64,000 bases of DNA, from positions 563 to 64,562 of the forward strand of contig JAOMDP010000010.1 of NCBI GenBank assembly GCA_028345515.1, given 5' to 3'. The stretch is from Nitrospinota bacterium. GTDB taxonomy: Bacteria; Nitrospinota; Nitrospinia; Nitrospinales; VA-1. Of this stretch, positions 28,252 to 38,895 are shown piece after piece; within the stretch, counting starts at the first letter, position 1, and each line of letters opens with the position of its first letter. Made by a program: the position numbers and the translations under genes. The notes beneath the pieces are model-generated. The model was not told the DNA's origin. It searched no databases and saw only the letters and a program-made list of their open reading frames with translations.

Positions 28252-29076
28252 TCAAGTAACTATCACTCCAGCATATCCCACCACGTGATTTTTATCTCCG
28301 TTCTTTTCACCAGAAGTCATGTATTTTATGAGTTCCGCTTTTTGTGCCCCTAACTTTTCAGTGCAAAGTAGCATTACGGTTACTGGGTTCACACCGCACA
28401 TGGAAATTTTTTCCTGTTGCACTGTTTCATGAAGACCGAGGGGATCTCGACTTTCAATTTTGGCAAGCGCTTTCTTATCCTTCATAGTAGCGACATCGTG
28501 TGATTCAAAGTGAGTCATGTCTGAACTTGCAACGATTAGAACAGGTTTTTTAATTCGTTCCACAGAATTAACAATAGCATTACTTAAGTTTTTGCAGTGG
28601 GAGTAGTTTATTTTTTTTAGACATATAGGAACAATCTTCAAGTTTTTTTTAAAATACTGCAAAAACGGTAGTTGGGTTTCTAAAGAATGTTCCCCTTTAT
28701 GAGCAAGTGAATTAGATATGGCTATTGGAGTTTCTTCACAAATTAATTGAGCCAGTTCCTCATCTAAGCAAACATCTCCCATGGGCATGACCCAACTTCC
28801 TTCCGTCATAATTGAGATATTTTCTCCGCGCCCAGTATGATTGGGTCCCATTATAATTACGGTATCCGGTATTTCGACTTGGGAATACACGGCCCCCGCA
28901 ACATCCCCTGAATACATAAATCCAGCATGCGGTGATACTACCCCAATAGCTTTTTGCTTTTTCTTTAATGGAGAGATTAAATGATTTTTTATATCTCTCT
29001 CAAGTTCATTACGATTTGCTGGATAAAATTTCCCCGCAACGGCCGGGATACGTTTATTATTTTTTAAGGTACTCAT
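28252..29076 (-). CDS. MEMO1-family protein (AmmeMemoRadiSam system protein B-like)
   Basis: SPHAGFMYSGDVAG, MGPNHTG, ASSDMTHF and SMCGVNP. Confidence 0.85.
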   Translation of the reverse strand: MSTLKNNKRIPAVAGKFYPANRNELERDIKNHLISPLKKKQKAIGVVSPHAGFMYSGDVAGAVYSQVEIPDTVIIMGPNHTGRGENISIMTEGSWVMPMGDVCLDEELAQLICEETPIAISNSLAHKGEHSLETQLPFLQYFKKNLKIVPICLKKINYSHCKNLSNAIVNSVERIKKPVLIVASSDMTHFESHDVATMKDKKALAKIESRDPLGLHETVQQEKISMCGVNPVTVMLLCTEKLGAQKAELIKYMTSGEKNGDKNHVVGYAGVIVT

Positions 29077-29384
29077 TTTAGAACCTCACCTATGCCTACG
29101 TGGTAAGCATCTTAATGCTGTAAAAAATTTATTCCCCAAAAGTCTTATATTTATTTTTCGATACAGAGGTTTAATAATTCTAATCTTACAGGATTTATAA
29201 AAGATTGTGGATTGTTTGTACTTAACAGGAACAAAAGGGGAAGGGAACGCTTGGTATGGAATCAGGCTCATTAATTTAACTAAGAATTAACTGATTCTTT
29301 GTCATCCTTTTTTTGCAGATTCAAAATCGAAAGGGGACGGATTCCTAAAGGAAAATAACTAGGGTAGAAATGAAGTTAGAAAAT

Positions 29385-29756
29385 TTAAAAAATAAGCCCG
29401 TTTTTCTTAAGCCATTTCTCGGTATTGAAATTTTTATTAGAAAACTCTTGGAACTCGATTTCCTTTTTACTGAGCCGCTGTCCATCAATAAATTGTGCTT
29501 TTTTGGGGGAGTTTTTACTGGCTCGTTTTTTTGTTACAGGAGGTTCTTCCGTAAGTCCTTCTTCAACCTCTAGCTCCAGAGAGTCGGTTAATACTTCCAT
29601 CTTGAGGACCAGAACCATGAAGCTTTTTGGACAGATTTCTTCATCCTTTTGAATTTCCGCAACGATTTTCTTTACCTTAGGTGAAGTCATTACCGCTTCG
29701 GTAATGGCCTTAGACAATTTTTCGAAATTGTATTCAGCTCCATCTGACTCGCTCAC
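29385..29756 (-). CDS. Hypothetical acidic/lysine-rich protein
   Basis: GTG start preceded by a strong SD (AGGAGGA, 4 nt upstream). I prefer it to the overlapping plus-strand ORFs. No recognisable domain. Confidence 0.55.
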   Translation of the reverse strand: MSESDGAEYNFEKLSKAITEAVMTSPKVKKIVAEIQKDEEICPKSFMVLVLKMEVLTDSLELEVEEGLTEEPPVTKKRASKNSPKKAQFIDGQRLSKKEIEFQEFSNKNFNTEKWLKKNGLIF

Positions 29757-29937
29757 AAAATCCTCCTTTCGGTTTCAGAAAAATCTAATTTTCCATATTT
29801 CTAATACATACATCACCTTAAACCTACGGAAATCTCTTGTCAAGGAGACCTTTCAAAAGGCATAAGCATTAAGAATAAGTTATAATCTCGGCCTATGCAA
29901 ATTAGTAATAAACTTTGTACCAAGAAAGGTATGGAAA

Positions 29938-30285
29938 ATGGGGTTCTTCCCGAAAATTTTAGCTTCTCCTTCTCTGGTATGGGTATTGCCGGCCATAGGG
30001 TTTTACTTAATTAATATATTTATGGGATTATTTATTGCTTTCCAGAAAAAAACAGCACAGAACCTTAGAATACATAAGCTTATGTATTATTCAATCGCGT
30101 TTAGTTTGATTTGCTTCCTGATTATGAACCAGACTCACCATGAAAACACATTGATAGATTATATAGTCGTTTTCTATGTTGCCGCAATCGTACCATTAAG
30201 TAAACGTTGGGATGTTTTAGTTCATGCCTTAATAGCTGCAGTTGGTTTAACGCTCTTACCTTTGCTGATTATCATCCAAATCTAG
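29938..30285 (+). CDS. Hypothetical small membrane protein (about 4 TM)
   Basis: 115 aa with four hydrophobic segments. No recognisable motif. Confidence 0.5.
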   Translation: MGFFPKILASPSLVWVLPAIGFYLINIFMGLFIAFQKKTAQNLRIHKLMYYSIAFSLICFLIMNQTHHENTLIDYIVVFYVAAIVPLSKRWDVLVHALIAAVGLTLLPLLIIIQI

Positions 30286-30496
30286 CTGTTTATCTGGTGT
30301 GTCTTCCCTTCGGGCAAGGTAGCTTTTGAACAACATTAGCAAACCAAATGCTAGGCGAGTTTCTAGTAAAGCTAAGCAGTATATTAGTTGGAATTAGTAT
30401 TTTCCGGTACTAGGTACAATTTAGGAATACAAACTTTAGTCGACGGTTAAGTTGAAATAGGAGTGAAAAAAAATGGAGGATGGCCTTCTGGGAAGG

Positions 30497-30802
30497 TTAG
30501 TCTGCGATTGCAGCTTTGACAGTGATGTCACCGTAAACCTTTACGCGACAACCTAATTTCTGGTGGTCTTCAAGCTTATGAATTTTTTCAAAAAAGGTGC
30601 GCGGATTGACATTTTCCATGGGCTCAACTTCTACTACGCATTTGGCACATAAACCGCTACCCCGGCAATTAAGAAATTTGTTGAGACCTTTGTAGACTTC
30701 CGCATCATTATAAAGAGCTGCCTGCCTTAGATTCGCGCCATAACCTGCCTTGAACTCAAAAGTTTCATCGGTTTCGGTATTAACGACTTTTATTTTTGGC
30801 AT
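30497..30802 (-). CDS. Small 2Fe-2S ferredoxin-like protein
   Basis: 101 aa with Cys pattern C46-x5-C52-x2-C55-x29-C85. It lies about 100 nt downstream of cysN on the same strand. Confidence 0.6.
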   Translation of the reverse strand: MPKIKVVNTETDETFEFKAGYGANLRQAALYNDAEVYKGLNKFLNCRGSGLCAKCVVEVEPMENVNPRTFFEKIHKLEDHQKLGCRVKVYGDITVKAAIAD

Positions 30803-30905
30803 GATATCTTTTGGTGGTTTTTATTTTTAAAAGCGCTATTAATGCCCGAATAATTGCGCAATGTCAATGTTAAACTCTAATGGATAGTTAGTCCTTTAGC
30901 TTCAA

Positions 30906-32729
30906 TTATATAGAATAATTGTGTCCTGTAAGAATTTTCTTTTCTTTCAGGAAATTTTGAATTTTAGTCGATGCTTCCTTTAAATTCTGGGCTTCATCCA
31001 GCGAGAGTAAAATATCCGGATCGCCTATTGTTTTGGAACTAATTTGAATTTCTATCACCTGATAAGGGTTCGCCAAAAGTTTTAGATCTTCCTGATCTTC
31101 TCGATGAAATGCGTTCGAGGTGGAAATTACAACATGACCGGCATCAAGAAATAGTTTGGCCACTTCCCCCAGTCGTCTTGCCGATTCTTCTTCGATAGTC
31201 GCTTCGGGTTGTTTCAAATCAGCCGAGACGCCTAAATTCACATTTCTTCTATCTAGAAGATAACTCTGAAAGTTATTTTCGAAAAGATTCTGCTCCAGCG
31301 TTCTTGCCAAAGGGCCTTTGCCGGATCCTGGATCGCCGGTGATAAGTATCAATACTGCTCGGTGCCCGTTACGATAAGCCCGTTCTTCAGGTTTAATATC
31401 ACTCTTGATCCAATTAAAATCCCGGGTTCGAACTTCATCTCTTAATTTGTCTTCTTTAGTCGTAGGCGTATAGGTCGTTATGATTCCGCCACCGCAAACA
31501 TCGTATTGATCGACGAGCACAAAACGTCCTGTAGTAGCGATAGAACCAAATAAGTCGAAGGCCACTGGTGAACGTGTTTTTAGTGTCAGTTCTGCCACAT
31601 CATTTTTTGCAATATAATCCTGATTACTAAGTGTCTCAAGAGTTGAAGCATCGATGGCTTTTTTAAATTCCTGTACTTCGCATTCCACTTCTTGGGTATT
31701 CAGTTTTATAATAAATTTTCGTCCTTTTTCCAGTTTATGTTGTCCCATCCAAAAAACATTGGCGTCGAATGTTGTTGAGACAATCGGTAACTCCTCTCTC
31801 AACGTACAAACATTACCGCGCTCGACAAAAATCTGCTCATCCAACGTGAATCCGATGGATTCTGAAGAGGTTGCTGAGACTGGTTGTTCATTTACGCTCC
31901 AAGCTTCTATCGTTTTTACAACAGCTTGTTTGTTTGAGGGAGAGAAAATAATACGGTCGCCTACTTTGAGTTTTCCTGACTCCACACGTCCGGCAATGAT
32001 TCTTCGTTCATCAAACTTATAAACATCCTGCACCGGAAAACGGAAGGGAAGATGATCAGGTCGGGGTTTTTTCTCAAACTGATCCAGCATATTTAGAACC
32101 GTAGGACCTTTGTACCATGGCATTTCATCTTTAAGTTCCGCAATATTGATTCCCAATTTGGCAGAAACTGGAATAAACTCTTTAGCCTCTACTCCGAGAG
32201 ATTTTAAGAAATTAGAGTATTCCTTTTTAATTTTGGAATAGACTTTTTCATCATAACCGACAAGGTCCATTTTATTGATGACCACAGCAACCTGTGTGAG
32301 GCCCAATAGCTTTAGGATATAGCCATGTCTGCGAGATTGTTCCTGAACGCCTTCTTTAGCGTCAATGAGAAGAAGCGCTGCTTCTGCATCAGCGGCGCCG
32401 GTAACCATGTTTTTTAAAAATTCTTTATGACCGGGCGCATCAATGATGACGTATTTTCTTTTTGGGGTATGAAAGAAAATTTGTGAGGTGTCAATGGTGA
32501 TACCCTGTTCCTGCTCTTCTTGTAATGCGTCTAACAGAAAAGCGAACTCGAAAGTTTTCCCTTGTTGATCGCAAATATCTTGTACGAATTCGAGTTTTCC
32601 TTCGGGAAGGCTTCCTGTATCAGAGAGCAAACGGCCTACCAAAGTAGATTTGCCATGATCAACGTGACCTACAATAACCAACCGCATCAAGCGGCTAGCA
32701 AGATCTGGTGCGCTACCGTTATTGCCCAT
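30906..32729 (-). CDS. cysN: Sulfate adenylyltransferase subunit 1 (CysN GTPase) fused to a degenerate APS-kinase-like domain
   Basis: GTPase motifs [14 protein letters not shown] and NKMD. The C-terminal ~160 aa are clearly CysC-like ([23 protein letters not shown]). The motifs differ: GDPGSGKGP versus GLSGSGKST, LDRRN versus LDGDN, STSNAF versus SFISP. Confidence 0.9.
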   Translation of the reverse strand: MGNNGSAPDLASRLMRLVIVGHVDHGKSTLVGRLLSDTGSLPEGKLEFVQDICDQQGKTFEFAFLLDALQEEQEQGITIDTSQIFFHTPKRKYVIIDAPGHKEFLKNMVTGAADAEAALLLIDAKEGVQEQSRRHGYILKLLGLTQVAVVINKMDLVGYDEKVYSKIKKEYSNFLKSLGVEAKEFIPVSAKLGINIAELKDEMPWYKGPTVLNMLDQFEKKPRPDHLPFRFPVQDVYKFDERRIIAGRVESGKLKVGDRIIFSPSNKQAVVKTIEAWSVNEQPVSATSSESIGFTLDEQIFVERGNVCTLREELPIVSTTFDANVFWMGQHKLEKGRKFIIKLNTQEVECEVQEFKKAIDASTLETLSNQDYIAKNDVAELTLKTRSPVAFDLFGSIATTGRFVLVDQYDVCGGGIITTYTPTTKEDKLRDEVRTRDFNWIKSDIKPEERAYRNGHRAVLILITGDPGSGKGPLARTLEQNLFENNFQSYLLDRRNVNLGVSADLKQPEATIEEESARRLGEVAKLFLDAGHVVISTSNAFHREDQEDLKLLANPYQVIEIQISSKTIGDPDILLSLDEAQNLKEASTKIQNFLKEKKILTGHNYSI

Positions 32730-33533
32730 TTACATATATCCTCGGGCGCGTAGTTTCTGCATTGCGTAGGTGTTTTCCTGATCTTGAGCCCTACCGGAAC
32801 GCTCTGATGTTGTAGCATTTTTCAATTCTTCAACAATTTCTTCCACATTTTTGGCTTTGGAATCTATTGTTCCTGTGCAAGGCGCACAGCCTAAAGAACG
32901 ATACCTCTTACCCTCAGAATTTGCAAAGTACAGATCTATGATGGGAATTTTTTCTCGTTGTATATATTCCCAAACGTTCAGCTCTGTCCAATGAAGGATA
33001 GGATGGATTCGAATATGGGTGTCCTCTGAGAAAGTGGTTTTATATTGGTCCCAAAGTTCCGGTGGTTGATCTTTAAAATTCCATTCGAAGTTTTTATCTC
33101 TTGGAGAAAAATAGCGTTCTTTCGCACGAGTCCCTTCCTCGTCGCGGCGGATACCGAGAATGAGCCCAGTATAGCCTTGTTCCTCCATGATGCATTGCAG
33201 ACCCTGTGTTTTAAGAGCTTCACAGCATACGATGCGTCCCTTTTCGTGGTTCATTCCCTCATCTAGGGCTTTCTGGTTTTTTCCCACTACTAGATTCAAT
33301 CCCCACTCCTTTGCATAAAAATCGCGGTATTCGATCATTGCCGGGATTTTATAGGTGGTGTCTATATGAACTAGGGGAATGGGGCAATGCCCAAAAAAGG
33401 CCTTGCGTGCAAGCCAGAGCATTATCGTAGAATCCTTACCAATCGACCACAGCATGGCTAAGTTTTTAAAATTTTTATAAGCCTCGCGGAGTATAAAAAT
33501 GCTTTGATTTTCAAGTTCGTCTAGATGGTCCAT
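32730..33533 (-). CDS. cysD: Sulfate adenylyltransferase subunit 2 (CysD)
   Basis: PAPS-reductase-fold motif [12 protein letters not shown] and the C-terminal CAPCTG...[10 protein letters not shown]. Its stop abuts the cysN ATG. Confidence 0.93.
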   Translation of the reverse strand: MDHLDELENQSIFILREAYKNFKNLAMLWSIGKDSTIMLWLARKAFFGHCPIPLVHIDTTYKIPAMIEYRDFYAKEWGLNLVVGKNQKALDEGMNHEKGRIVCCEALKTQGLQCIMEEQGYTGLILGIRRDEEGTRAKERYFSPRDKNFEWNFKDQPPELWDQYKTTFSEDTHIRIHPILHWTELNVWEYIQREKIPIIDLYFANSEGKRYRSLGCAPCTGTIDSKAKNVEEIVEELKNATTSERSGRAQDQENTYAMQKLRARGYM

Positions 33534-33780
33534 GTATTACAGTAATCGTTTTAATTAAAGGGTAATATTGCACTTTATCCTGAATGATTAATAGAATCAA
33601 GGCGAAGGAGAAAGATTTTACGGGAAATTAAGGTTTTACGCAATGGGGATACTACATTTTATTGTAATTTGAGGAGAAAAACCCGGGTATACAATTGGAG
33701 ACAAGCCCATCTCAACAAGTAATTGTGCTTTTGAATGTCAAAGCCCTGATAAATCAGTATTTGAAAAGATTAACAAGGGA

Positions 33781-35208
33781 TCATTTAATTTTCCATTCAG
33801 TTCCATTTGAGGTGTCTTCGATGACTACACCCATAGACGTAAGCTCATCGCGACAGCGATCGGCTTCATGCCAGTTTTTGTTGCTACGGGCGGTATTACG
33901 GGCAGCAATCAACTGTTCAATTTTTTCAACATCCAGATTCAAGTTTTGATTTTTGATACTGAACAACTCCTCACCGAATTGTTTCGGAGTAAGAGAGAGC
34001 AGTCCCAATATTTTCGCAGCGTTGACCCATGCTTGAGCGGTGATGACAAAATCATTATCTTTTGTTGATGAGTTTAGGTGGCGCAGACCTTCATTCAAAT
34101 GAGCCATAACAACAGAGGTGTTAAAATCGTCGTTCATTGCTGCTTCAAACTTTTTAGTTAAGTCGTGATCTTTAATCTTTTTTTCAAGTCTAGAAATAGA
34201 AGCTAAGTCGAAGCCTTTTAATTTTTCGTTCATTCCGTCTAGACCTTCATAAAAACGCGTAAGTACCTTGGTAGAATCTTCCAGATTTTTTTCGGAGAAG
34301 TCGATGGGGCTTCGGTATTGACTACTGATTAAAAACAGACGGAGAACTTCTGGGTGATATTTTTTATACACATCACGCAAGGTAAAAAAGTTGCCCAACG
34401 ATTTTGACATCTTTTCCTTGTCAATATTTACGAAGCCGTTGTGAACCCAATAACGAACTGGCTGCTTGCCAGTGCAGCCAAAGGATTGGGCGATTTCATT
34501 TTCGTGATGGGGGAATACCAGGTCTTTACCACCTCCGTGAATATCGAACGTTTCCCCGAGATATTTTTTACTCATCGCCGAACACTCTATATGCCAGCCC
34601 GGCCGGCCAGCACCCCAGGGGCTATCCCAAGAAGGTTCTTCAGGCTTACTCTTTTTCCATAACGCAAAATCCAGGGGGTTATTTTTGACTTCATTTATCT
34701 CGACCCGCGCTCCCGATTGTAGGTCATCGATATTTTTACCGGAGAGGCAACCGTATTCCTTGAAAGAATTTATAGAATAAAAAATATCTCCTTTTGACTC
34801 ATAAGCCTTCCCTTGATCGACTAGAGATTGAATCATATTTAGCATTTCAGGAATGTGGTCGGTAGCTTTTGGTTCTTCAGTAGGGGTGGCGATATTGAGT
34901 CTGCCCATATCTTGATGAAAGGCTTTTATATATTTTTGGTTAATGTCATGCCATTCCACGCCTTCTTCCTTGGCTCGGTTAATGATCTTATCGTCTATGT
35001 CTGTAAAATTGCGGATGAAAATAACATCGTTACCTAGGTATTGCAGATAGCGGTAAATCGTGTCGAAGACAATCGCGGCACGAGCGTGTCCTACATGGCA
35101 GTAATCATAAACGGTGACGCCGCAGACATACATTCCTACTTGGTTTTCAATTTTGGGAACGAAGTTTTCCTTCTTTCCGCTCATGGTATTAAAGATTTTT
35201 AAGCTCAT
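33781..35208 (-). CDS. cysS: Cysteine--tRNA ligase
   Basis: HIGH-type motif HVGHAR, KMSKS, and the Zn-site context CGVTVYD. Confidence 0.96.
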   Translation of the reverse strand: MSLKIFNTMSGKKENFVPKIENQVGMYVCGVTVYDYCHVGHARAAIVFDTIYRYLQYLGNDVIFIRNFTDIDDKIINRAKEEGVEWHDINQKYIKAFHQDMGRLNIATPTEEPKATDHIPEMLNMIQSLVDQGKAYESKGDIFYSINSFKEYGCLSGKNIDDLQSGARVEINEVKNNPLDFALWKKSKPEEPSWDSPWGAGRPGWHIECSAMSKKYLGETFDIHGGGKDLVFPHHENEIAQSFGCTGKQPVRYWVHNGFVNIDKEKMSKSLGNFFTLRDVYKKYHPEVLRLFLISSQYRSPIDFSEKNLEDSTKVLTRFYEGLDGMNEKLKGFDLASISRLEKKIKDHDLTKKFEAAMNDDFNTSVVMAHLNEGLRHLNSSTKDNDFVITAQAWVNAAKILGLLSLTPKQFGEELFSIKNQNLNLDVEKIEQLIAARNTARSNKNWHEADRCRDELTSMGVVIEDTSNGTEWKIK

Positions 35209-35389
35209 CAGATCAATATAACATTATGATTCTAAAAAATCAGAGAATGTAATAAAGGATTGCTAATAGGTTTTTCCCCCATTATAGATTATCGAAATTT
35301 ACCCTAAGGTATTTGGGTAGAGAAGAATTTTTTTGATGGAAAAGTAACATCAGTTGGACTAATGGCTGACGATTAACCAAGCGCTCAGG

Positions 35390-37363
35390 TTATTCCTTTC
35401 CCACTCTTGTCGGTTGGATACGAGCTTCAAGTTCTTTGACATTGTTGCGTAGTGCGGCAACTGCGAACTCAGCTTGGCTTTTTAAAGATGCTTCAGTGAC
35501 AGGACTCTCGGATTTACCGTAGCCTGAGATTTCTTTGCGGATTTTATCCAGTTTGCGTTCTAAAATAATACTTCGTTTTGAACTGAAGCTTTTTGCGATA
35601 GCACTTTTTAATCCTTCACCGTCAAAATGTTTGGTAATAGCCATCAACATACGTTTTCGCGAGATGAATTTTTTACCGTTTTTCCAGTCCTCAATAGCTT
35701 GAAACATTTCTTTTTCAATATTATCGACAATGGCATTGTAATCCGTTGGGTCGGTCATGTCATGAATCTCACCTATGACAGAAGCCGATTTGATATCAAA
35801 GTCAAAAGTCTGGTCCACTCCCGTAAGATCTGCCGAGCGAATATTTGCTGAAACCTCATCTGGGCTCAGCATAGGCGCCCAAACCTGCATGATATAGCCT
35901 TCACTTTTAACATTCTTAAACTCATATTTACCCTTTTTATTTGGTCGAGTGTAATACCCGTTTGGAACCACGAACAGAGTTCCAATCATGTCTTTATGCA
36001 TATTGCATCGCAATACGATTGGGCCGGCAGTGTTAAATTCGATGGACTTGAAAGAACCTGAGGCCATGGCACCAAGATTGAACTGGTTGCCCACTGATTT
36101 GGAATAAATATTATGAACTTCCTTGTCATGGTTAGAAAAATTTACAGTTGTTCCGACCTGAATAATTGAGTGAGTAGGTTGAAAATTTAATCCACTTTGG
36201 TGAATGGTCATGACTTCGCCTTGTTTTTGCCCCTTTGCGCGCATTTTTGTTTTTGTTTCTAGAAATACTAATGTGTTTGGGCTAGGCATTTCCCCATTAA
36301 TGAGTATTTTCCCTGTAACATTTGTAGTTTCGTTGACGTTTTTGGAGCCCTCCATTTTGTGGTCGGCACCGGAACCTTCTTCTTTTTTTTCTTCAACTTT
36401 AGGATCAACTTTTGTAGCTTCGGCTATTTCCAAATCTGGTTTTGTTTGTTTTGCCGACTTGGGTTGATTGATGGGCTTTCCTGCAGTGGGATCATATTTG
36501 CCGATTGCTGTTAGCATCTGGATGACGAAAGGTTTCTCATATTGCTTGTCAAGCTCAATGGCTTTTAAAAAATGCGGTGCAGCGGATTCAAATTTTTTCT
36601 GTATACCAAGAACAATACCGAGGTTAAAATGTGCCAGTGCAAATTTAGGCTCGATTTGAATCGCTTTTTTATAAATAGCGACTTCCTGATCGTACATCTT
36701 TTTACGGCCATAAGATTTGCCTAGCAGGTTGTAAGCCATCAGATTTTTTGGATCTATATTGATGGTTTTTTTGAACAGACGAATAGCGTCTTCAGGTACA
36801 TCACCCTCTAATTGCGACATCGCCCAGTTCAGAGTTATTTCGCTGTCGTTGGGTGATAATTCATGTGCACGCGCAAATCTTTTATTTGCACCTTTAAACT
36901 TTTTGGCCATCCTCAATGCAGCTCCCCAGATAGAATAAAGATCTGCAGAATCTGGACTTAATAAAGCAGCTTTTTCGAATTCCATATTGCCGGCGTTGTA
37001 TTTTCCTTTTTCAGTAAACTCCATGCCTTTTTTAATATGTTCCAGTGTTTTCCTAGGCAATGTGGATTTGGCAGAAGACGCCGATGTTGCTGCTTTTATG
37101 AGATTGCCTAGATTAGGTTCAGGAGGTGAAGAGATTTCCTGTGATTCTGACCTTTGAGTCTTATCGGTTTTGGGGTTACCCACCTTTGGTTCAAATATTT
37201 TTTGCGATTCTTTATAATTTGCATAGGGTTCAAGATTATTAGGAGGGGCAGAATAGAACATCAGAGCCCAAAGTCCGGCACCGGCTAATACCAGCAATGC
37301 AATTGTGATAATAGAATTTTTTAAAAAATTTGTTGATTTTGCCTTTTGGTTTCTTAAATCCAT
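35390..37363 (-). CDS. Membrane-anchored TPR protein with a cupredoxin-like (type-1 copper) domain
   Basis: N-terminal TM anchor, about 5 TPR units, and a Pro/Lys/Glu linker. The cupredoxin-like segment is GTTVNFSNHDKEVHN...RCNMHKDM (His ... Cys-x2-His-x2-Met). A CarboxypepD_reg-like strand KGKYEFKNV and a helical tail follow. Confidence 0.6.
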   Translation of the reverse strand: MDLRNQKAKSTNFLKNSIITIALLVLAGAGLWALMFYSAPPNNLEPYANYKESQKIFEPKVGNPKTDKTQRSESQEISSPPEPNLGNLIKAATSASSAKSTLPRKTLEHIKKGMEFTEKGKYNAGNMEFEKAALLSPDSADLYSIWGAALRMAKKFKGANKRFARAHELSPNDSEITLNWAMSQLEGDVPEDAIRLFKKTINIDPKNLMAYNLLGKSYGRKKMYDQEVAIYKKAIQIEPKFALAHFNLGIVLGIQKKFESAAPHFLKAIELDKQYEKPFVIQMLTAIGKYDPTAGKPINQPKSAKQTKPDLEIAEATKVDPKVEEKKEEGSGADHKMEGSKNVNETTNVTGKILINGEMPSPNTLVFLETKTKMRAKGQKQGEVMTIHQSGLNFQPTHSIIQVGTTVNFSNHDKEVHNIYSKSVGNQFNLGAMASGSFKSIEFNTAGPIVLRCNMHKDMIGTLFVVPNGYYTRPNKKGKYEFKNVKSEGYIMQVWAPMLSPDEVSANIRSADLTGVDQTFDFDIKSASVIGEIHDMTDPTDYNAIVDNIEKEMFQAIEDWKNGKKFISRKRMLMAITKHFDGEGLKSAIAKSFSSKRSIILERKLDKIRKEISGYGKSESPVTEASLKSQAEFAVAALRNNVKELEARIQPTRVGKE

Positions 37364-37689
37364 AATTTTTACTATGACCCTATAATCATTATTAATAACT
37401 CGTTTGCTAAAGACCGCTGTTGTTCCTGATTTATTTGAATCATACCCTCTAACTGAAATTAAATATCTGCAAAATAAGTGAAAATTTAGACAATAAAGGA
37501 ATAATCAGGTTGAATTTTATTGAGTAATAAGATTAAATCATAGCCGCAAACAGCCTGTCAACTGGCCAGCATTGTTTGAAGAGCGGTTATTTGTAACCAG
37601 CAGGATGTTTCCTCTCTCATCTAAGTAAAAACCGCTTCAGTATAAAAATTGTTTTGGCGCATTAGAAATTCAATAGAACCGATTAATAA

Positions 37690-38862
37690 ATGAATTCCAC
37701 CACAGAAACACAAAACTCAGACCTTTCATCTTTCTTAAAGGGTAAATCTGGGTATCTTCCCTGCCAGTTAATTGAAATGGCTTTGAAGGAGGGGATGATT
37801 ACCTCGAAGATTCCTATAGATCCATCGCAAATTCAACCAGTGAGTTTAGATTTAAGACTGGGGCAAAGGGCTTATAGAATCCAGTGTAGTTTTTTGCCTG
37901 AAAATGAACCGGTTGATACACGATTAAAAGACTTAACGCTTTATGAATTTGATATCTCAAACGGTGGAATTTTAGAAAAAAACGCGATTTATCTAATTCC
38001 ACTGATGGAAGAATTAAATTTATCGTCAGCGTTTTATGGTTTGGCCAATCCAAAAAGCTCAACCGGTCGCTTGGATATGTTTACACGCGTGATTGTGGAT
38101 GGAGGACATCGATTCGATGAGGTTCCGCGAGGGTATCGGGGTGGCCTTTATCTGGAGGTAATTCCAAGGTCTTTTCCAGTAAGGGTAAAAACAGGTTTGT
38201 CATTGAACCAAGTAAGATTAGCTCATGTTACTTCACATACCCTGGGTAAACAGGGGCTAGAAATTAAGTATAAGAGCAATCCCATTTTATTTGACCGTAA
38301 TGGTTTTTCCATTCCTTTCGATCAGGTAAAAGTGGAAGGGGGGGTTTATGTCGGGGTAGATGTTACCGGGGATCAACCAGACTCTATCGTAGCTTATAAG
38401 GCCAAGAACAATTCCAATGTGATTGATCTTTCTAAAATACGTCATTATAAAGCGGACGAGTTTTGGGAACCCATTTATAGACAGCCCAGGAATCGATTAA
38501 TCCTTGAACCGGAAAGCTTCTATATTATGATGTCCAAAGAGAAAATTTGTATTTGGCCAGACTGGCTGGCAGAAATGATTGCTTACGAGCCTAATAGTGG
38601 GGAATTACGCACCCATTATGCAGGGTTTTTTGACTCAGGTTTTGGCTGGAATGGCAGCGATGATTTAGTTGGTCAGGGGACTCGCGCCGTTATGGAAGTG
38701 CGCCCTCATGATGTTCCATTCATGGTTGAACATGGACAAACTTTTTGCCGATTGAAATTTGAACGGGTGGTGGAAAGACCGAATAAGGTTTATGGAATTG
38801 AGTTACAATCAAATTATCACTCTCAGGGATTAGCCCTGAGTAAATACTTTGAATTAGAGTAA
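37690..38862 (+). CDS. dcd: 2'-deoxycytidine 5'-triphosphate deaminase, long (about 370-390 aa) form
   Basis: IQPVSLDLRLGQRAYRIQCSFLPE and NPKSSTGRLD are typical of the long DCD family as I recall it. Confidence 0.8.
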   Translation: MNSTTETQNSDLSSFLKGKSGYLPCQLIEMALKEGMITSKIPIDPSQIQPVSLDLRLGQRAYRIQCSFLPENEPVDTRLKDLTLYEFDISNGGILEKNAIYLIPLMEELNLSSAFYGLANPKSSTGRLDMFTRVIVDGGHRFDEVPRGYRGGLYLEVIPRSFPVRVKTGLSLNQVRLAHVTSHTLGKQGLEIKYKSNPILFDRNGFSIPFDQVKVEGGVYVGVDVTGDQPDSIVAYKAKNNSNVIDLSKIRHYKADEFWEPIYRQPRNRLILEPESFYIMMSKEKICIWPDWLAEMIAYEPNSGELRTHYAGFFDSGFGWNGSDDLVGQGTRAVMEVRPHDVPFMVEHGQTFCRLKFERVVERPNKVYGIELQSNYHSQGLALSKYFELE

Positions 38863-38895
38863 ATACTAGCTAGTTTTAAAAACCTTGGGGATTGT

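Noticed and set aside
29370-29652. Plus-strand ORFs 29370..29573 and 29425..29652
   Set aside because: They overlap the minus-strand 123-aa ORF, which has a strong AGGAGGA SD before its GTG and a protein-like composition. The plus-strand ORFs are Phe/Leu/Ser-rich antisense artefacts.
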